Source: Candidatus Fermentibacterota bacterium (GTDB lineage Bacteria; Fermentibacterota; Fermentibacteria; Fermentibacterales; JCC-6). Taken from it: a DNA stretch of 64,000 nucleotides. The stretch is taken from contig CAWJQI010000004.1 in assembly GCA_963845085.1 (NCBI GenBank), forward strand, positions 640,001 to 704,000, given 5' to 3'. Shown here piece by piece: positions 1-11,781 of the stretch (the first letter of the stretch is position 1; each line of letters opens with the position of its first letter). The notes beneath the pieces are model-generated. The model did not search any database. It saw only the letters and a list, made by a program, of their open reading frames with translations, and was not told where the DNA came from. A program made the translations under genes and the position numbers.

Positions 1-1
1 G

Positions 2-79
2 GTCGGCTGGCCGATGTTCGTGATTCTGACCATTGTGGCCATCACCGGCATGACTGTTCGGTGGGGGCTGCTGAACTAA
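2..79 (+). CDS. 3' end of a membrane protein (truncated by window edge)
   Basis: Frame 2 reads VGWPMFVILTIVAITGMTVRWGLLN then TAA; a hydrophobic helix followed by a stop. Confidence 0.45.
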   Translation, partial: VGWPMFVILTIVAITGMTVRWGLLN

Positions 80-160
80 AATGGCCTTTCCAAAAGGCTT
101 ACCAGTCCAGTGGACATTTGTCTGAGCGGGGCTTCCTGCCAACCCAGCCAGGAGGTCGAG

Positions 161-232
161 ATGAAACAATCCAGGTTCACGGAGACGCAGATCGCAGCGA
201 TCCAGCGGGAAGCAGATGCTGGAATTTCATAG
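161..232 (+). mobile_element. IS3-family (IS407-like) OrfA N-terminal remnant
   Basis: AGGAGG RBS, then MKQSRFTETQIAAIQREADAGIS*, matching the typical MKKSRFTEEQIxxILxEAxAG start of IS3/IS407 OrfA; truncated by TAG. Confidence 0.7.
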
Positions 233-292
233 CCCCAACCATAAGAAGAAGGCCGCTGCCCTGAGACAACGGCCTTCAAATTCAGAGCAGGT

Positions 293-1754
293 CTACCTGG
301 CTATAACAAGCCTTTCGGAATAGTTCACTCCAGATCCTGCAACCCGGACGAAGTACAGTCCAGAGGGAACCGAAGACACATCCAACTGGAATGAACTCTC
401 CCCGGCTGAAAGCGAACCGTCGTGAATCCTCTCCACCAGACGGCCATCCAGTCCGTATACCGAGACGGTGCAGTCAACTGGTTCCGGAAGGCTCAGCCAA
501 ATGCTCGCTGTAGTCGTTGCAGGGCTGGGGCTGACACTGAGCCGGAGTGTAGGCTCCTCCTCTATCCCCAGCGGATCGTAGGTCACAGTAACCGAGTTGA
601 GCTGGGGAGATACCCCGGGATTGTCACTGAGCATCGTCACCCGGTACTGCAGGTAGCTCTCATTGTCGGCAAGGTAAGCTGACAGGTCAGCAGGGGCGTA
701 GAGCAATACACTCCACTCCCCGAGGTTCCACGGATCATCCGAACCCCTCACCTGGAAACAGAGCTGGGTCTCTGCGGGAACCGAAGCATCCCAGGAAAGT
801 TCACCCCACGAAGCGTCGTTCACGTACAGAATGTCGCTGTTGAGCCAGCCCGAAGAGCAGTAGTCCTCTCCAAGACGCCACCAGTAAAGGTCGGGCGTGC
901 TTGTTCCCGTAGAAGCTGCACACGAAGTCTTCCACCCCGTTGCCGTCGAAGTCGCCAGGGGCGACAAGACCACCGGCGCTTTCGGAATTCGAGTCCGTTC
1001 TCGAACGGGTACTCCATGAGAACCCTTTGAACGAACCTCTCCTGCGGGTTTCTGGTATTCTCGAACATCCCCACGCTGTTCTCTCCCCGGTAGATGATGT
1101 CCATGTCGCCGTCGCTGTCGTAGTCGATGGATGCGAGGCCGTAGACGTTGTCATTGGTCTCCAGGTTGTAGTAGGGGTAGAACTCGGGTCCCTTGTACCA
1201 GCGGATGCGGCCGTAGTCGTAGCTCTGACCTCCGGCCATCAAATCAGCAGTTCCGTCGGTATCAAGATCAACGAAGTCTTCTCTGCCATTCCTGGTTGGG
1301 GTCGTTCGGGTTCTCCCACCAGAAGAGAGAGTCTGCGCCTCCAACCGCATCATCAAGACCATCACCATTCAGATCGCCTGAGAAGATCGTCACTATGCTG
1401 TCAGCGAAACCAACGGTCTGAATGCGACCACTGGTTCTGGTTGCCTGTTGAGAGGATTGCCCCTATAGAAGATGAAGACGCACTTGAAAAGATCTGTGTA
1501 AGCATCGCTGTTAATAGTGGCAGGGCTTCAGGAGGAAGGCACTTCGCATTATCATACACTCTTGCCCACTTCATAGCTGTGCCAAGAGTCAGCGATCCTG
1601 AAACCTGCCATCCCATGCCGGAGCATGAGCCGAAGTCCGATCCCCAGTCTGTTGTTGTGACTTCTCCCGAGGGGCCGCCACTCCAGTCGGTCTGAACCAT
1701 TGATGCCGCAAGAACAATGCCGGTTGTCACGAGAACGAGTGCCGTGCTTTTCAT
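293..1754 (-). pseudogene. Secreted FG-GAP/VCBS-repeat protein with T9SS CTD, multiply frameshifted
   Basis: Signal peptide MKSTALVLVTTGIVLAA. DxDxDG repeats lie in different frames (GDLNGDGLDD, DLDTDGTAD, DYDSDGDMD, GDFDGNGVED). C-terminus VSPSP...YGLDGRLV...SGLYFVRV...ERLVIAR. Confidence 0.7.
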
Positions 1755-1758
1755 GCCG

Positions 1759-4700
1759 CTACCTCCCCCCGTCCAGAAGGACGAGCTTCTCTATGAACAA
1801 TGGTGTGTTTTCATCCGAAAGTACAGCGAAGTAAACTCCGGCAGGATGTGTATAGGAAGAAAGCTCAAGGCACTCGCCTGCGGCTATCCTTTCAACCACC
1901 CTCCCAGTCAGGTCGTACACCATGGCTTCTGTTCCTGCGGCCTCCACCAGAATTGAGGATCCGGTGTTCCTGCTGACGGTAAGTGACCTGGTCTGTTCAA
2001 TGACGGAAGAGGTGTTCTGGGTTCTTCGATCGGCAGCAGGAGCGGGAATCCGTATCAAGGCGAACCCGAGTCCGTACGAAACAGGGTGAAGGTAATAGCC
2101 TTGAGGGATGTTACTATGTCCATAGAAGCCTGTGGCTTCCTCGAAACCGTCTCCAATGAGAATCTTCGGGAGGGCCATAACCAGAGTACTCTGATCCAAT
2201 ATCAGGAAGGACAATTGGTTCGCTTCCTTCCCATATTCCACCATCGTTGGAAACAAGGACGAGAATGTCATTGTCAGGTTCCCTTATGGCAAGAAAATTG
2301 CAGTATGGTTCACTCAGATCTTGCTGTGCGCTCATCTGGCTTATCATTGTAGCATTGAATGCCTCATGTTCACCCATAACTTCGTAAGCCGGGTTTACCA
2401 GAACATCGAGCAGGTTGATGACTTCATTGTTGCCTGCATCGATGTGGGTGAAAGTCTGTATTGCCTGGTGGGTTCGAGTTACCATGTCAATATCATTCGG
2501 CCCGTCCACGCTTGCTCCCCAGTAAAGCAGCTCGGGAGGAAAACGGTAAGAGGAGAAGGGGTTGGAAGGGCCTCCAGCCAGTGCATAAATACAGCCCGTA
2601 CAAATCGAATCCTCTGATCCCGTGCACAAGCGCAGCACCCATCATGTACATCAACTCATTGTAGCCCATCACGCCATCGCCGGGGAAGAACGTCCCGTTG
2701 AAAAAGCTTCCCCGACCATGACATTGAACTGTAAGGAAGAGGCATTCGGCAGGAGGTAGGTTGACTCCGTACTCGAGCATGATGTCTAATGCGCCCAGCT
2801 CCTGAGCTGAGGGTGATGTCGGTTGCGAGTACATGTTTCCGAACAGGATTTCCGGAATGCTCGTATTCGTTTGTCCCGACCACATTGAGATCCCGGGAGT
2901 CATGTCCGTGAGAACATCGGATTCGCTGAACCTTGTGTGTCGGCTGCGGATTTCACAGAGAGTAATCCAGTCATTCAGGTAAACCCCTTCATCATCAGTG
3001 GGGAATTGGACATTTTCAGTGAACGGAAATGCCACGGCATCTGTGTATCTTGTTACCCCACTATTGTTCGGTGAGTCATCATTTACGTAGAGCTTGATTT
3101 TGTGACTATACCCGTAGTTCTGAATGCTGAGCGAAGAGAGATGCTCGGCACGTGGCAGTGGGGGAGTTTCCTGCGAAATGTCTTCTGACTCAACCGGAAT
3201 TGTCGGTGGTTGGCCGTCGGCAATACTGCTCCATGCAATCTGTGTGACATCCTGAGACGGAGTCACCGGGCTGACCATCGCAATGAACCTGTCGTGGGTA
3301 CGGACAAAACGGGAGAAGTACTGAAGGTTGTTGATATCGCGTGTTACAGTTACCGGCCCCACCATCATATCTTCCCCCCATAGGTCATTATAAACTTGGG
3401 AGCACTGCCATGATTCTGCAGCCATCGGTGGAGTTCTGATCAGTACATACTGACCCTCGGTTGTGTACAGAATGAAACCGCTTCGTAAATAGGGATAATC
3501 ACCCTGCTGACGCCAGAAGTAACCCCAGATCGCGCCGTCCGGGTAGAACCCTTCAGGAAGTGTGATGTTGCGCTGGCCCTCCTGAGTTGGACAGGCATCG
3601 AGCTCCCCGGAAGAATCCCTGCCAAAGATTCTTGCTCTCCATTGCGCATCAGTGGGCTGGATCTGCTGGGGGCTTCCCACCCACAGAATACGCATCTCAT
3701 CGCTTCCAATTGCACCTGCGCAGTGAGTGGTTGAGTTCCACCCGGATCGGTAATCAAGTTCTCCAACGCAGAAGACTTCAGAATCATAGCCCGTGTTGCT
3801 GGGGAATTGTTTCGAGACAATTCCATTGGAGTGCCAGTACACCGCTCTGGCGTAGTCTGAAGACTCGCCTTTCCGCCAGAGAACCAGTCCTCCATTCAGC
3901 ACAGATACTGGACCTGACCTTGGACCAATGTCAGCCGAACGATTGTCGCTGGCCGCCAATGAGTAGTTCTGTCCAGCGAGAGAAATCCCGATATCGGTCG
4001 TGCTGTGGAATTGGAAGTATGGCTCTCCGAGCTCATCCGATCCTTCGATTGTGTACACCGAAAGGTCGCCGTTGCTTTTCAAAGCGAAGTATTCATCCCT
4101 GTCGCAGTATGCTGTCCTGAAGGCGCCTTCGCTTGGCACGAGGTCTGCAGCTCCTCTGAAAAGCACAATGACATCGTCAAGAGGGCTATTCTCGGGGTAT
4201 GTGCTCTGAGAGAACTGGACCCCTGTAATACCCGCAGGATAATAGTCCAGTGCAATGTAATCGAGTGGATGACCGAAAACGAAGGGGGTGGATTTCCAGT
4301 TCCATGATTGTCGAACCATTAAAGTATCAGTTCGTACATTGCCAACCGTTAAATGAAGATCTCCTACGTTTGCAAGTGCAGCGCCCAGTGGCAGACCCAT
4401 ACCGGCGGAGCCGGGCACACCGCCCGTGGAAAGGCGAAGTGCGATAGAAGCTATCTGATCGTAGTGATCGTAGTTTTGATTGTCCGGTTCGTCATGGGCG
4501 AACACACCGCAAAAGTCTCCTGGAAAAGGCGCACTGGCGTATGTGTTGTAATAGTCTTGCCAGATGCCGAACACGGTGGCATTATGACCGGTTTCACCGG
4601 GCCCCACCTCCCCTCCATCACTTTTCATGCCCCCAAGAATGACATTAAGGCCGATGATTCTCGCCTGGTTTGCTCTTGCTATCGCATTCTAAGCTTGTCC

Positions 4701-5012
4701 CATCATGAGTTCGTTTCTGATAAGCAGAGTATTCACCCCGGCCAGCTTTGCCTCATTGAGCACTCCACCGATTAATGACGCAGCATTTCTGACTGCCACA
4801 TCTTCAGTGAAGCCTTGGTAACGCTGATAGTAGTTTCTGAGTTCGTAGAAAGTCCCCTGGAGATCCCACACCACGGGGAAGAAAGTTACCTCTTCGTTTG
4901 AAGGGTCTGTATAGGTGTAGTTGTGGCCGTGGGTATAGGCCATGTTCCTGGCGAGAAGGGGTTGAACGAGAATCCCCCCCCCCATAATTATCAGCAATAG
5001 ACAGTTTTTCAT
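1759..5012 (-). pseudogene. Large secreted protein (glycoside-hydrolase-like motifs) with T9SS CTD; in-frame TAG at 4689-4691 plus at least two frameshifts
   Basis: ORFs 4689..5033 and 2493..4628 share a frame and are separated only by TAG (GQA*NAIARANQ). HDEPDN and LDYYP motifs; CTD VYDLTGRVVE...AGVYFAV...EKLVLL. Confidence 0.65.
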
Positions 5013-5252
5013 AGAGCACTCCAAGCAGATCAATGGTTGTTGTGACAGACTGCTTGAAGTTAGTGCTCTGCAGTTTTTATGTCAAGAGTAAGAATAAAGC
5101 GGACCTGTGTAAAAACACAACAACCTCAAGCGAGGTAGTTGTTTGCATGAACTTGGAATAATGCGGATAGAGATTCAATGCACTTTGTGCTTAGGATCGG
5201 GGGGTGCCCCCCTTAATGGTGATGAACCGATGAACCAGCCCCGATTTAAAGG

Positions 5253-5328
5253 TGGCGCTCCCAAGGGGGCTCGAACCCCTGTTTCCGGCGTGAGAGGCCA
5301 GCGTCCTAGACCACTAGACGATGGGAGC
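5253..5328 (-). tRNA. tRNA-Glu (anticodon CTC)
   Basis: Cloverleaf GCTCCCA...TGGGAGC G CCA; anticodon arm CTGGC-CTCTCAC-GCCGG; T-loop GTTCGAG. Confidence 0.96.
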
Positions 5329-5363
5329 GCGGAGCGGGAATATCGGCCGGAGAGGGGAAACCG

Positions 5364-6845
5364 TCAACCCCTTCCGTACTTCTTCTCAAGCGCTTTCTGT
5401 CTTTTTCCGGAAATGCCGCCCAGAACGTCGATCGCAGCATGTATCCTCCGCCTGGACAGGTCGGGGCCCAGAACTTCCATGCCCGAGTAGAGGGGCGGCC
5501 CAACGCTTGCGCCTGTCAGGGCTCCGTAGAAGGGGGCGTTAAGTTCCCTGGCCTTGATCCCGAACTCGACGGAAAGGCGCTCGAACACCTCCCTGATGGC
5601 GGTTTCATTCCAGTCGCTCACACCCTCGAGATACCAGAGAGAAACCTGCAGAAGCTCCTTGACCCCCTCGGCATCCAGACCCTTCACCGCAAGAGCATCC
5701 GGGGCCGGATTGACAAGATCGCTGAAGAACATTGATGTGAGACGGCCCCAGTCGCCAAGAGTTTCCATCCTGTCGGCAACCACGCGCAGCACACTCTCAA
5801 GGTAGCCATCGTTGAGGGCCCAGTCCGAAAGCACGGGAAGCAGAGTGCCGGGTGTGTAGTCCTCCCTCAGGTACCTCGCGTTGAGCCACCTCAGTTTGTC
5901 CAGATCGAAAACCGGGCCGCCGAGGCGGATGTCGTTCAGGTTGAAGTGCGGGATCATCTCATCGAATGTGAACTTTTCCGTGCCGTCGGGCATGCTCCAC
6001 CCCATCATGCCCAGGTAGTTCAGAAGGGCTTCGGGAAGATAGCCGGCCCTGCGGTAGTACTGGATCGAGGTCGGGTTCTTCCTTTTGCTGAGCTTGCTCT
6101 TGTCAGGGTTGCGCAGCAGGGGAAGGTGACAAAAAACGGGAGGAGTCCAGCCGAACATGTCGTACAGTTCCACGTGTTTCGGAACGGAGTTGATCCACTC
6201 CTCGCCCCTGATTATGTGGGTGATCTCCATGAGGTGGTCGTCGACCACAACGGCGAGGTGGTATGTGGGGAAACCGTCGGTCTTCAGGATGACCTGGTCA
6301 TCGATCGAAGCCCAGTCCTTCCTGATCTCGCCCCTCAGAAGATCGTTGAAAACGCATTCACCCTCGAGGGGGGTCTTCATCCTCACCACGTGCGCCTCGC
6401 CCGATGCAATCCTGTCAAACGCTTCACCCGGAGGAATATCACGGCAGAGCCTGTCGTATCCCCGGCTGGAGTCGCCGCGGAGGACCTGCTCCTGACGCGC
6501 TGCCTCGAGCCGCTCCTTCGTGCAGAAGCACGGATAGGCGTGGCCCTGTTCAAGCAGCCTGTCAACATGACTTCTATAAATGTGAAGCCGCTCGCTCTGC
6601 CTGTATGGTCCGGCCGGTCCGCCGATGTCGGGCCCCTCGTCCCATGTGAGCCCCATCCATCTCAGGCAGTCCATGATGGCCTTTTCATGCCTTGTATCGG
6701 AACGTTCGCGGTCGGTGTCCTCGATGCGCAGGATGAACCGCCCGCCGTTCTTCACGGCCCAGAGCTTTCCGAAGAGAGCCTGGTAGGCCGTTCCCACGTG
6801 TGGATCACCGGTGGGCGATGGTGCAAGCCTGGTTCTTATTTCCAT
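5364..6845 (-). CDS. gltX: Glutamate--tRNA ligase
   Basis: RLAPSPTGDPHVG (HIGH), LRIEDTD, CFC zinc site, KLSKR (KMSKS). Confidence 0.97.
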   Translation of the reverse strand: MEIRTRLAPSPTGDPHVGTAYQALFGKLWAVKNGGRFILRIEDTDRERSDTRHEKAIMDCLRWMGLTWDEGPDIGGPAGPYRQSERLHIYRSHVDRLLEQGHAYPCFCTKERLEAARQEQVLRGDSSRGYDRLCRDIPPGEAFDRIASGEAHVVRMKTPLEGECVFNDLLRGEIRKDWASIDDQVILKTDGFPTYHLAVVVDDHLMEITHIIRGEEWINSVPKHVELYDMFGWTPPVFCHLPLLRNPDKSKLSKRKNPTSIQYYRRAGYLPEALLNYLGMMGWSMPDGTEKFTFDEMIPHFNLNDIRLGGPVFDLDKLRWLNARYLREDYTPGTLLPVLSDWALNDGYLESVLRVVADRMETLGDWGRLTSMFFSDLVNPAPDALAVKGLDAEGVKELLQVSLWYLEGVSDWNETAIREVFERLSVEFGIKARELNAPFYGALTGASVGPPLYSGMEVLGPDLSRRRIHAAIDVLGGISGKRQKALEKKYGRG

Positions 6846-6942
6846 GGTTCATCCGCCTTTCACAAGCGCTCGGAATATAGCCTTTTCGATTGCCTTCCGG
6901 AGCCTGATATTCACCCCGTGCGGTTCACCGGAAGGAGATGGC

Positions 6943-7212
6943 ATGAAGATCACCGTCAGAAAACCCTCGCAGGCTGAGCTTGACTCGCTTGGAGTCCGCT
7001 CGTGGCCGATATGGAAAAAGGAGGCATCCTCATTTCCATGGGTGTACGACATGAGCGAGACCTGCTTCCTGCTCGAGGGCAGGGTGACCGTCACCACGGC
7101 TGACGGGGCTTCGGTGAGCTTCGGCGAGGGTGACCTTGTGGTATTTCCCGAGGGGCTCAGCTGCACCTGGAACATCCATTCACCGGTGCGCAAGCATTAC
7201 TCCTTCAGTTAG
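6943..7212 (+). CDS. Cupin-domain protein (DUF861/cupin_3-like)
   Basis: WPIW.KE.S.FPW.YD..ETC.LLEG.V.V...GDLVVFP.G..CTW pattern; GGAG RBS. Confidence 0.85.
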   Translation: MKITVRKPSQAELDSLGVRSWPIWKKEASSFPWVYDMSETCFLLEGRVTVTTADGASVSFGEGDLVVFPEGLSCTWNIHSPVRKHYSFS

Positions 7213-7222
7213 GAAGTCTCAA

Positions 7223-7717
7223 TTGGACGACTTTTCCGCTGCGCCACTCGATACCGCAAGCAGGGTGATGACCGCCATCGTTTTTCTCATGATGGTTTTC
7301 CCGGTGTACATGTATTTCCAGCAAGGGGATTTCCCGCTGGTCGCCCTTGCGGTCCTGCCGGTCATAACCGTGATCAGCTGGGGTTTCTCTGTGCGCGGCT
7401 ACTCGCTGGAACCGGGAAGGCTTGTCATCCAGCGCCCCTTCTTCAGCAAGTCGATCCCGCTCGAAACGAACGTTTCAGCGCGGCCGGATCCGGAGGCAAA
7501 CAAGGGCACGGTAAGGGTTGCAGGGAACGGCGGGCTTTTCGGGTACTACGGAACGTTCAGGAGCAGGAAACTGGGGCTATTCACGGCCTACGCCACGAAC
7601 TGGCGGAGCAGCATCGTGATCGAGACGGGCGGCAGAACCCTTGTGGTGACGCCGGAGGAAACGGAAATGTTCCTGTCGCGGCTTTCGGAATCGGTTGAAG
7701 AGGTCATGAAGGGATGA
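7223..7717 (+). CDS. Membrane protein with bacterial PH domain
   Basis: Two TM helices, then R..GNGGLFGYYG.F motif; TTG start is approximate. Confidence 0.75.
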   Translation: MDDFSAAPLDTASRVMTAIVFLMMVFPVYMYFQQGDFPLVALAVLPVITVISWGFSVRGYSLEPGRLVIQRPFFSKSIPLETNVSARPDPEANKGTVRVAGNGGLFGYYGTFRSRKLGLFTAYATNWRSSIVIETGGRTLVVTPEETEMFLSRLSESVEEVMKG

Positions 7718-7772
7718 TTCCGTTTGAAAAAGGTTCGGGAGTGTGTTCGCCGTGGGGACCGGAGATATGAAG

Positions 7773-7866
<94 letters not shown>

Positions 7867-7941
7867 GCATCAGGGGCGAACTATCTTAAAACACGGCCTT
7901 CGGGTCAAGGCTCAACTGCCTTTCAGCGGAAGGACCAGGAA

Positions 7942-9162
7942 TTGAACCCATATTCCCTCATCCTTGTACTGGCCCTGGCAGGCACCCCGGAAAGCCCGGC
8001 GTTCGATGCCTGCGTGATCATGCTTCCCGGTGTGCCACTTCAACCCTGGAACGGGCTATCCGACCGGATACTTGAGGAACTCTGGACAAGGGATGTAACA
8101 GGTTACCAGGTCACCTTTTCCGGATGGAGCGGCTACATGATGATGGGTCCTCCGGGTTCCGGGGAAACCATCGGTGCGGCAGCCGAGCTTCTGGTTCAGG
8201 GTGCGGTCATGCCGGACACTTCGGGATGGGCCAGGCTGCTCGAGCTCTCATGGAGGGAGAACGCCCTTCCCTGCGTCCTGACCTATCCGTTCTCCCCGGG
8301 GGACACTCCCGTCCCCATGAGACACAGTGCCCTGCTCTCGGGAACACCTGATACCGTTGTGGTGTCGGCTCCCGTGGCCAACAATGTGCTGCTGATCACA
8401 GGCGTTCATGATCCGCAGCTGGGCGGTTCCGCATGGAGGGGGCTCGGGCTCGAGGTTGTGCCCTCCGACTGGGGCGGTGTGCCGCTGCTTCTTGCGTTCT
8501 CGTTTGCCGGGTCGCCGGGAGACCTTGACCGGATGGTGTACGAAGCGCACCCTTACGACTCCGTCTGGGCTGCGGGGTTCGGCACCATCATGGCTGCGGT
8601 GGACAGCCTTGCAGCCCCGCTTGCACCGGTCACCGAGCCTACGCTTGTCTGGGTGAGGGGTGCGGGGGGCGCCGAGTTCCACCCCTGGACCTTTGTTCCG
8701 TCGCCGGGTCCCCCCCTGCGATGCCCGGGAGCGGTCACTCTCCCGGTGGCGGGAACCATGGCCCCACGCCCCTGGACACCTCCGCCAACAGCCATGAGGG
8801 TGGACATGCCAGGCCTTCTGTCCAACAGGGACGACGCCGAGCAGACCGCAGCCATCATTGAACGGCTGGTTGCCCGCATGGTGCTTGTGGAAAGCGAAGA
8901 GCTTGTCGGCTTGAACGGCTTCTCAGAAGAGGGCGGCAGGGTGGCGCTGTTCCTTGAAAACCCGCCATGGGCGAGCCCGGAAGAAGCGTTGGAGGAGATT
9001 ACAGCGGTTCTAACCCCGCTTGCCTTTACGTCACCCGAGGCACCGCTGCTTTCGAACTGCGCAGTGAGGGCTTCGCTGCGGTTGGGCAGGGAAGTTGCCC
9101 CGCTGTCGCCTCAGAGAGCGGCAGAATGTGTTGCACGCGCTCTGGGGCTCCTTCAGGACTGA
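7942..9162 (+). CDS. Hypothetical secreted protein
   Basis: 406-aa ORF with an N-terminal hydrophobic signal; no recognised family. Confidence 0.65.
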   Translation: MNPYSLILVLALAGTPESPAFDACVIMLPGVPLQPWNGLSDRILEELWTRDVTGYQVTFSGWSGYMMMGPPGSGETIGAAAELLVQGAVMPDTSGWARLLELSWRENALPCVLTYPFSPGDTPVPMRHSALLSGTPDTVVVSAPVANNVLLITGVHDPQLGGSAWRGLGLEVVPSDWGGVPLLLAFSFAGSPGDLDRMVYEAHPYDSVWAAGFGTIMAAVDSLAAPLAPVTEPTLVWVRGAGGAEFHPWTFVPSPGPPLRCPGAVTLPVAGTMAPRPWTPPPTAMRVDMPGLLSNRDDAEQTAAIIERLVARMVLVESEELVGLNGFSEEGGRVALFLENPPWASPEEALEEITAVLTPLAFTSPEAPLLSNCAVRASLRLGREVAPLSPQRAAECVARALGLLQD

Positions 9163-11077
9163 GCCTCTCCCTCCACCGCATCCATCCACTGCTCCTCGAG
9201 CTGGAGCATCTCCCTCGTCACGAAGGCGTGTTCCTTCTGAAGTTCAACGATTCTCGCCGAATTCCCTGTGAGGTCGGGTGCCGCCAGGAGGGATTCGATC
9301 TCGGCCTTCCTCTTTTCAAGTGGCTGCATGGCCTTCTCGATCCTCTTCACCCGCTGATCGACCTTGTTGCGCTTCTCAAACAGCTTGTTCCTCTCCTGGG
9401 CTTCCTTCCGCTTCCTCTCCTTGTCGAGCACCCGGGACTGTGAAGATGCCTTCGCCCTGTTGGTGGCAAGGCTTTCCGATGCGCAGCTGCGGCGCTTCTC
9501 GACAAAGTCGTCAAAGCCGCCGGTGAACGGCCTGACCCTTCCCGCCTCGACGATCAGTATTCTCTGAACCAGCGCTCTCAGAAGGTTCTCATCGTGGCTT
9601 ATCAAAACGAGGGTTCCGGTGTAGCCGTCAAGCACCTCGGCAAGCACCTTTCTGCTGAAGATGTCGAGGTGGTTCGTGGGTTCGTCGAGGATGAGCAGGT
9701 TCGTGGGAAGCAGCATCACCCTCGCAAGCGCCACTCGGCTTTTTTCCCCCCCGAAAGAACACCGGTCGGCTTCTCAACGTCGTCCCCCGTGAAGAGGAAG
9801 CCTCCGAGAAAGCTTCGAAGCTCCTTCTCGCTCCGCTCGGGCGAGATGTCGGAAAGCTGCTGCAGTACCGTTCGGGCGGGATCGAGGGCAAGATCGACCT
9901 CCTGCGAGTAGTAGCCGATGCGTACATTGGCCCCGACTTTCACGATGCCATCGGTGGGTGCTTCCACTCCGGCCATGATCCTGGAAAGAGTTGATTTCCC
10001 GCCGCCGTTCCTCCCGACCACCCCGACCCTCTGCTGTGCTTCAAGCTCAAGGTCGACACCTTCGAAAACCGTGTGGGCGTACCTCTTCGTGATGCCTGAC
10101 AGTGACAGGACCTTGTGGCCGCTGCGCGGTGTTTCGGGAAGCCTGATGCGCATCCTGCCGGGGCTTCGGTATATCTCAATGGTCTCGAGCTTTTCAAGCA
10201 TCTTGATCCTGCTTCTGACCTGGAACCTCTTGCTCTCCGTGGCCTGGAACTTCTTGATGAAGCGCTCCATGCGGTCACGCTGGTCGGCCACTTTCCTGGC
10301 CTCGTGCTCGCGGTGCTGGATGTCTTCCATTTTCTTCTTCTCGTAGAAGCTCCAGTTTCCGCCCCAGACCGTCAGGGAGCCGTACTCGAGTTCGTACACG
10401 GCGCGAACCGTTCGGTCGAGGAAACCCGGGTCGTGCGATATGAGCCAAACGGCCCCCCTGAACCGGTTCAGAAACTCTTCGAGCCAAATCCTGGCATCAA
10501 GGTCGAGATGGTTGGTGGGCTCGTCGAGAAGAAGAAGGTCGGGGTCTTCAAGTATCAGCGCCCCGAGCATTGCCCTCATCTTCCAGCCTCCGCTGAAGTC
10601 GGCCATGGGCTTGACGAGGTCTTCCAGTGAAAAGCCGAGCCCCGTGAGGACCACCTCGGCACGGGTGTGCAAATTGTAGGCCCCGGTCGAGTCGATGAAG
10701 TCCTGCACGCGGGCCAGCTCGTTCAGAAGCGAATCGTCGTCGTCCCCACCCTTTGAAAGGTGATGGAGTATTTCCTTCTGCCTCGTCAGGGCATTCACGG
10801 CCTCGCCGGCACAACTGCATACGGCCTCGAGAAGGGGGCCTTCCGGAAACTCGCCGAGTTGCTGGGGAAGGTATCCGACGCGGACACCCCCCGCCCTGGT
10901 TACCGTTCCGCGGGAGGGTTCGATCTCGCCCGTCATGACTCGGAGCAGCGAGGTTTTTCCGGCACCATTGACCCCGACCAGGGCGATTCGGTCGCCCCGG
11001 TCGACGGTGAAGCTCACACCCTCGAAGATAAGGTCAGCGCCGAACTCCAGCGCAAGACCGGAAGCATTCAGCAGCAA
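9153..11077 (-). CDS. ABC-F family ATP-binding protein (one frameshift near 9740-9752)
   Basis: Two ABC domains (GVNGAGKT, FSGGW, LLDEPTNHLD; GRNGGGKS, LSGG, ILDEPTNHLD) plus a C-terminal coiled coil. Adding one G to a G7 run restores LSGGEKSRVALA. Confidence 0.9.
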
Positions 11078-11781
11078 ACCAGCACCTCTTCCGTGATGTC
11101 CAGCGGCGTGAACCCGAGAAAGTCCGAACTCACGAGCCGGAAGATGGTACCGCCATAAGCGGTGTTCACATGGGGGTTCCACCTGCCCTCGAAGTGCAGG
11201 TGACCATAAACGCAGATCCTCACACCTGACGCCGAGAGTTTCTCCGCGAAGGCCGTTGGCCGGCCGTCCACGACGGGTGGATAATGCATCATGTATGCAA
11301 CAGGCTTGCCGGGGAAACGGGCTGCCGCCGCGAGCGCGGCATCCATCCGCTGAAGCTCCCTTAGATACACCTTGGAATCGTTTTCGGGGCTGAAGCCTTC
11401 CCACTGCGGCGTGGACCATCCCCTCGAAGTGGCGAGAACAAAGGCGCCAAGGTCAACAGCCGTGTTTGCAAGGGGTGTCACCCCTTCCCCAAGAAGCCCC
11501 CTGACCTTTGACGGTGACTGCCACCAGTAGTCGTGGTTGCCCTTGCAGATGAACTTCGTGCCGGGCAGCCTCTGAAGGAAGGCCAGATCGGCAGCTGCCT
11601 GTTCGAGATTCATGCCCCAGGATATGTCGCCCGGAACAAGCACCACATCACAGGGCGAAACGAGTTTCTCCCATGAAGCCCTGATTCTGGAAGGGTGGTC
11701 GACCCACTCCCCGCCGAACATGTCCATGGATTTCCCCACGGAGAAACCGAGGTGCAGATCGCTCAAGGCGAATATCCTCAT
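11068..11781 (-). CDS. Metallophosphoesterase
   Basis: DLH, GD, GNHD and GHLH motifs. Confidence 0.9.
   Translation of the reverse strand: MRIFALSDLHLGFSVGKSMDMFGGEWVDHPSRIRASWEKLVSPCDVVLVPGDISWGMNLEQAAADLAFLQRLPGTKFICKGNHDYWWQSPSKVRGLLGEGVTPLANTAVDLGAFVLATSRGWSTPQWEGFSPENDSKVYLRELQRMDAALAAAARFPGKPVAYMMHYPPVVDGRPTAFAEKLSASGVRICVYGHLHFEGRWNPHVNTAYGGTIFRLVSSDFLGFTPLDITEEVLVCC

Noticed and set aside
4689..4691. In-frame TAG as pyrrolysine or programmed readthrough
   Set aside because: No pyl genes in the window, the gene is also frameshifted, and TGG->TAG is the simpler explanation.
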